Translations under genes and position numbers: made by a program | The notes under the pieces: generated by a model | Seen by the model: only the letters and a program-made list of their open reading frames with translations | Database searches by the model: none | Told to the model about the DNA's origin: nothing | Part shown: one piece after another, positions 59,304-64,000 of the stretch | Layout of the letters: each line of letters begins with the position of its first letter | How positions within the stretch are numbered: the first letter of the stretch is position 1 | Assembly: GCF_006345805.1 (NCBI RefSeq) | Contig: NW_021832231.1 | Coordinates: 969,806-1,033,805 of the forward strand | Reading direction: 5' to 3' | DNA from: Octopus sinensis | Lineage: Eukaryota | Length of the DNA: 64,000 nucleotides

Positions 59304-61938
59304 TAGGGCAACCAAAAAATTGCACTTTTTAATAAAAAAAATTGCAAAAATGAATTTTAAAAATTGTAAAAAATTGCAAAAATAATTTTTTTTAATTGTA
59401 AACATTACATTATGCAAAAAATTAACGAAATTATTTATTGTAATAGGAAATCAAATATTCCTGAACATTTTCAGGTTTAAAGTTCCTCTCTTTACTAAGA
59501 ATTTTCGTCAAAAGAGATATTGCCCTTTCGATAGATGCTGAACTTGCGCTACAATTTTTGAGATGTGAATAAACTTCTGGCGATAGATTCTTATTTGAGA
59601 ATTCAAGAATACTTAGTATTCCTGATTTCTCAAGCTTTTTTGATATATAGGATTTTATGTCGCATGGATCTGATGTAAAGTCTAGGGTGTTTAGATCACC
59701 ATAAGCTGTTGCAATGGAGTAATCAAGCAATTCAGTATTTGAAATCATTTCAATTAATCCCAAATAATTTGAACTGATTTGGGTTAAGCTTGGAAACAAC
59801 GTAGGATTATTCACTGATTTTTTTGCCTAAAATAATTAAAAACTAAAACATTTTGTATTAAAACTCCATCTCCTTCAAATTCAGATACGATTTTAATAAT
59901 TTCTGGAAGATTCTGGGAGTAATATTTTGCTGCTTTTAGCCAGCTTCCCCATCTTGTAACCACAACTTCGGGTGGATTTCCGATTCGTGAAAACATCTCC
60001 AAACGTCTCTTGTTTTTGACTGTGGCAGCCTTTATAGACGAAATCAATTCATCAACATCTGCGAAGTATGCCTTAATCTTTAGAGCACAGTTGTGCAATA
60101 AATGTGACACGCAAGTCACGTGGAAAAGATTTTGGTATATCAATTTCATTGATGCCCCAGCTAAAATTAAATTTATTTATATATACACTGGTCATATATC
60201 TCGCCCCATCTGTAACGAATAATATAAAATTTTCACGTTCAATAGAAAATTTCTTTATTACTTTGTCCACCTCAACACAAATTGTTGAAGTAGTAGGCGG
60301 ATAATATAGATTGGTACACGATACTAAATGAAGATTTTTTGGAGTGGAGATTTTCCCAATCAAAGTAATTAAAAAACGAGTTCCATTGATTTGGGCTTCA
60401 TCACAAACAAAAAAAACACATTCCCCACTATTGAATAACTTAAAAAAAACAACAGTAAATGAGTCTGAATGGTATTAATTTTATATTTTGATATTTCTTA
60501 ACATTTAACCTGCAAGATGATTCAGATGGCAAAGGATATGTTTCCTGCTCAAAAAGCCGTATGAGGGAAGGATGTCTGATTTTATAAATTGGTATGGGTA
60601 CATATGTAGTAGTTGGCGGCCACTTTTTAGCGAATTTTAAAAAAACTATATTTTTTTTAGTTAAAAAAATATATAATAAAAATAATACAATATAAAAATA
60701 ATAAAATCCCACGCTACTTTAATTTAAAGAGAAGTGAGGTCAATCTATTCAATCTACCCACAAATATGTCAGAAGCTATCAATTTCATGCAATCCAGAGG
60801 AATCATCCCAAAAAAAAAGTGTGTCGCAACGGACACCAAATGACTTTAAACATTGGCAGCTCTCCGGCTTGGAATTGCTACAGAAGGGGCTGTCGAAGTA
60901 AATCGAGTCTAAAAACTGGTATTTATATCATTAAAACTCAACAGGAACGTGGTTAGCAGGAACCAAAGTACCATTCGAAGATATAATCCGGTTTGTCTAC
61001 CTGTGGGCAAAAAATATATCTTCTATGGAGATATGCATGGAAAATCAATTATATAATTATTCCTTAGAATGTGGAGTAGCGCCAAATGGCGTAATAGAAA
61101 ACAAAGGGGAACAGTCAGACAACACCTTAATAGTTATTTTACGGAGTTCATTTGGCGACAGACAGCCAAAAAGAAAGAATTTGAAACAATCATGGAGTGC
61201 ATTGCCTTACATTGTCCCCCAGAATCAAAACTAAAATAAAAAAAATAATTAATAATTTTGTATAAAAATAATTAATTTTTTTATAGTAATATTATTTAAA
61301 AAAGGTAATTATTCACCAAAAAAAATATAGTTTTTTTAAAATTCGCTAAAAAGTGGCCGCCAACTACTACATATGTACCTTGGTATGTTTGCCTCCAAAA
61401 ACGCTTGTGTTACTTTGATCCCCCAATCCTTTCGAGTATCCGTTATCGCCGAAAGAAATGTTTGTGAACTCTGAGATGAATTTGTCCATTCTATAAATTT
61501 AAATTCAAAGAAATACTGTGTGCTTTTAAATGTTTTTTTGAAGAACGGTGCGCATCAACAAAAAATTTTGTGTCACACCGTACAACAGTTGAGCAATTGG
61601 AGCAAAATAAATTCCCTTCACTGTCAATAACAAACTCGGGGAATTTCTTTGCATAAAATGAAATTTTCTGTGACACTGTCCTTTTACCCATTACAACAAA
61701 CAACTAAAACACGTTTTATAATCTTTTACTTATAATTATATATTTTTTAATAAAAAAATTTTTTTTTTAATTTAAAAAAATTGCAAAAATTGTAAAATGA
61801 CTACAAAAAATTGCAAAAAATTGCAAATTTAAATCGAATAAAAATATAATTAAAATTAATGTCTATTCATTACTTTATTATTTATCGAATTTTAATTAAA
61901 TTATATTTAATTGCAAAAAATTGCAATTGGTTGCCCTA
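59304..61938 (-). mobile_element. hAT transposon, CGGBP1/DUF659-type transposase
   Basis: TIR TAGGGCAACCA; 8-bp TSD ATGATGAT at 59296-303 and 61939-46; zinc finger LFCSNC...HRSSKKH, VTDGARYM, HVTCVSHLLHN, VTRWGSWL, SASIERAIS; 23- and 28-nt introns. Confidence 0.92.
60597..61379 (+). mobile_element. Merlin transposon, internally deleted
   Basis: ~60-bp TIR GGTACATATGTAGTAGTTGGCGGCC...; 8-bp TSD TTGGTATG at 60589-96 and 61380-87; N-terminal remnant CRNGHQM...WNC...C...KTG/TWLAGTK and C-terminal FTEFIWRQ. Confidence 0.9.
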
Positions 61939-63049
61939 ATGATGATATAAATACTTTATTGACGCTTGTTTCTGACAATCCGAAAAAATCTTCCCGTTGC
62001 CTGTCAAAGGATCTTCATTCTTTGACAGGAAAAATCGTCTCAAAACGAACAATTGGGAATTATCTGAAACAAAAGGAAATATATTCACGTGTGTGTCAAA
62101 AAAAACCGTATCTGTCTAAAATTAATATCGAAAAACGATATTCCTTGTCAAAAAAATTTATCGCACTGAATATGACGTCATGGAAATCAACTATTTTTAG
62201 TGATGAATGCTGTTTCGAAATTTTTAATCACAAAAAAAAGGAATTTTGTTATAGGAAAAACAACACACGTCTAGAAAAATCGCACTTATCTCCAACTGTT
62301 AAATTTGGAGGGGGAAAAATAATGGTGTGGGGATGTTTCGGGTATTATGGAGTAGGCAATCTAGTATTTATAAATGGAACTATGAACTCAGCAACTTATG
62401 TGAACATATTATCAAATAATCTGTGGGAGTCCGCTGCGAAAATGTGCTTGAATGAATTCATATTCCAACAAGACATGGCTCCTCCACACACATCAAAGAT
62501 CACGAAAGATTTCTTTGCCGAAAGAAGCGTCAAACTATTGGATTGGGCACCGCAATCGCCAGATTTAAATCCAATAGAACATCTTTGGGCATATATTAAA
62601 AGTAAATTGTACGAAAATCCTCCAAAAAATATGCATGAGCTGAAAGATAAAATTATCGAAATTTGGGAAAATATGCGAAAGATCTAATACAGAAACTCAT
62701 AAACAGCATGCCGAGAAGGGTGTACGATGTTTTTATGGCTAAAGGACGGCATATTAAATATTAATTTGACATTTTTTTAAAAAACCGGGTTTTTTTGCGC
62801 ATTGTAAATTTAAATTGGAAATATCTCTTGAAAAAATAATGAAAATAATCAAAATAAAAAAATAAGAGTTACTTTTCACTAAAATTTAAGATTAAAAAAA
62901 AATATTATATCGCACAATATAAAAAAATAGAGAAATTAGAAAACCGGATTTTTTTTGCGCCCACTGTATATAGAAATATAAACATCCGGATATTTCTTAA
63001 ATAATAATTTTGTTTTAAAGAAAACATTTTAAATGCAAAATAAAAAAGA

Positions 63050-64000
63050 GAGTAATGTAAAAGGAACCATAATTATAGATATAAAATATATGTCCCGAGG
63101 TCTCAGCAATTTCAGAGGATACGTCAATTCACCGAAGCAATCGTGACTCTGACAATAATTTGGTTTAGATAGAGTACAGCTTGACAAATTACGAATATAA
63201 ATACCTATCTACCGTAGGAAGTTTTGACGGGATTTGTATGCTTTGTTTATTTAACTTTAGTGTGAAACAGCCACTGCAGACTTGTTTTGTGCATGTATAA
63301 CTTTTATAATAAAATGTAATTACTTGATTTTGGCTGCATAAAAAGTTGGGGTGGAATTATAATACCAGTAAACATACATGTTGATTCTGAAATTATGTGT
63401 AGTACAGTTCATACATAATGATAAAAAATCGCTAAACACTATTATTTAATTCAAAAACCTTCTTAAAATATCTGGATTGATTCCAAAAGATTTTACTATT
63501 TCATTTTCTAGCCGTCTAACTTGAGTCAATGTTTGAGCACATGTGTTGTTTATTATCACGCAATTGTACTGTAAATTTGACGGTTCAAATTTGGAATTTT
63601 GTTGTGAAAAACGGGAACAATTGTCTGTAAATTAATAATCTATATATAACGTTCAAAATGCTGAAATTGAATTAAATTGGTAAGAGTTATAATTTTTAAC
63701 TGATTTAAAAAAGAGGATCGAAAATATCTAAAAATAGCTGCATAATATACACATCATTCTGAACATTATTATACTCGCTATAAGTTCGAACATAGCATCC
63801 AATATTAGCCCATTGTATGCACATCCAATGTCTCCAAACTTTTTTCGATTTGATTTTGTGGCAAAGTTGCGGAATGTGTTCCATTTGGTAATAATTAGTG
63901 GTATTTGTCTCGGCGTTATTACAGCTCTGGTGATAAAATAATTAAATTCGAAACAGTAGATAAAAAGCAGCTTTTTTCTAGGTCGTTGAGATATTTTTGG
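63050..64000 (-). other. Possible multi-exon Cys-rich host gene entering from the right edge
   Basis: Short Cys/Trp-rich frames separated by GT-AG segments of ~28-33 nt (e.g. SCNNAETN...WMCIQWANIGCYVR); no family recognised. Confidence 0.3.

Larger units (their letters stand above)
58859..62966 (+). mobile_element. Tc1 (DD34E) transposon containing a hAT that contains a Merlin
   Basis: TIR CAGTGGGCGCAAAAAAAATCCGGTTTTCT, TA TSD, inner repeats near 59025 and 62790; the transposase frame GRPRTLNNDD|DINTLL is split at the hAT; IFSDE, FQQDM, WAPQSPDLNPIEH. Confidence 0.93.

Overview
AT-rich eukaryotic nuclear DNA in the standard genetic code, densely filled with transposons. Host genes are broken by very small spliceosomal introns (mostly 22-28 nt, often with GTT donors), so the ORF track shows only fragments. 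After splicing by eye I recover PPP1R7/sds22, THOC7, EMC7, DNAJB13, DYNC2I1/WDR60, GTF2H4, SRPRB, a GRASP (GORASP), a multi-C-type-lectin membrane protein and two orphan genes. Cilia genes, ~25-nt introns and TAA/TAG stops point to a highly reduced ciliated animal such as a dicyemid (inference). More than half the window is transposable elements, often nested, many with exact TIRs and target-site duplications (TSDs): ingi/I-group and RTE LINEs, about 10 CRE-clade RLE retroelement pieces, a NeSL/R4-type RLE fragment, 2 pogo, 3 Tc1, 2 hAT, 2 Merlin, 2 Ginger2/TDD-like and 2 Helitron elements. Most notable: host-type mini-introns inside transposases of four unrelated DNA transposon families, a CRE insertion that duplicated the sds22 stop codon, a Helitron-internal satellite apparently built from helicase coding sequence, three-level nesting, and an interstitial TTAGGG-variant tract. 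All gene models and family calls are by eye; no database search was run.
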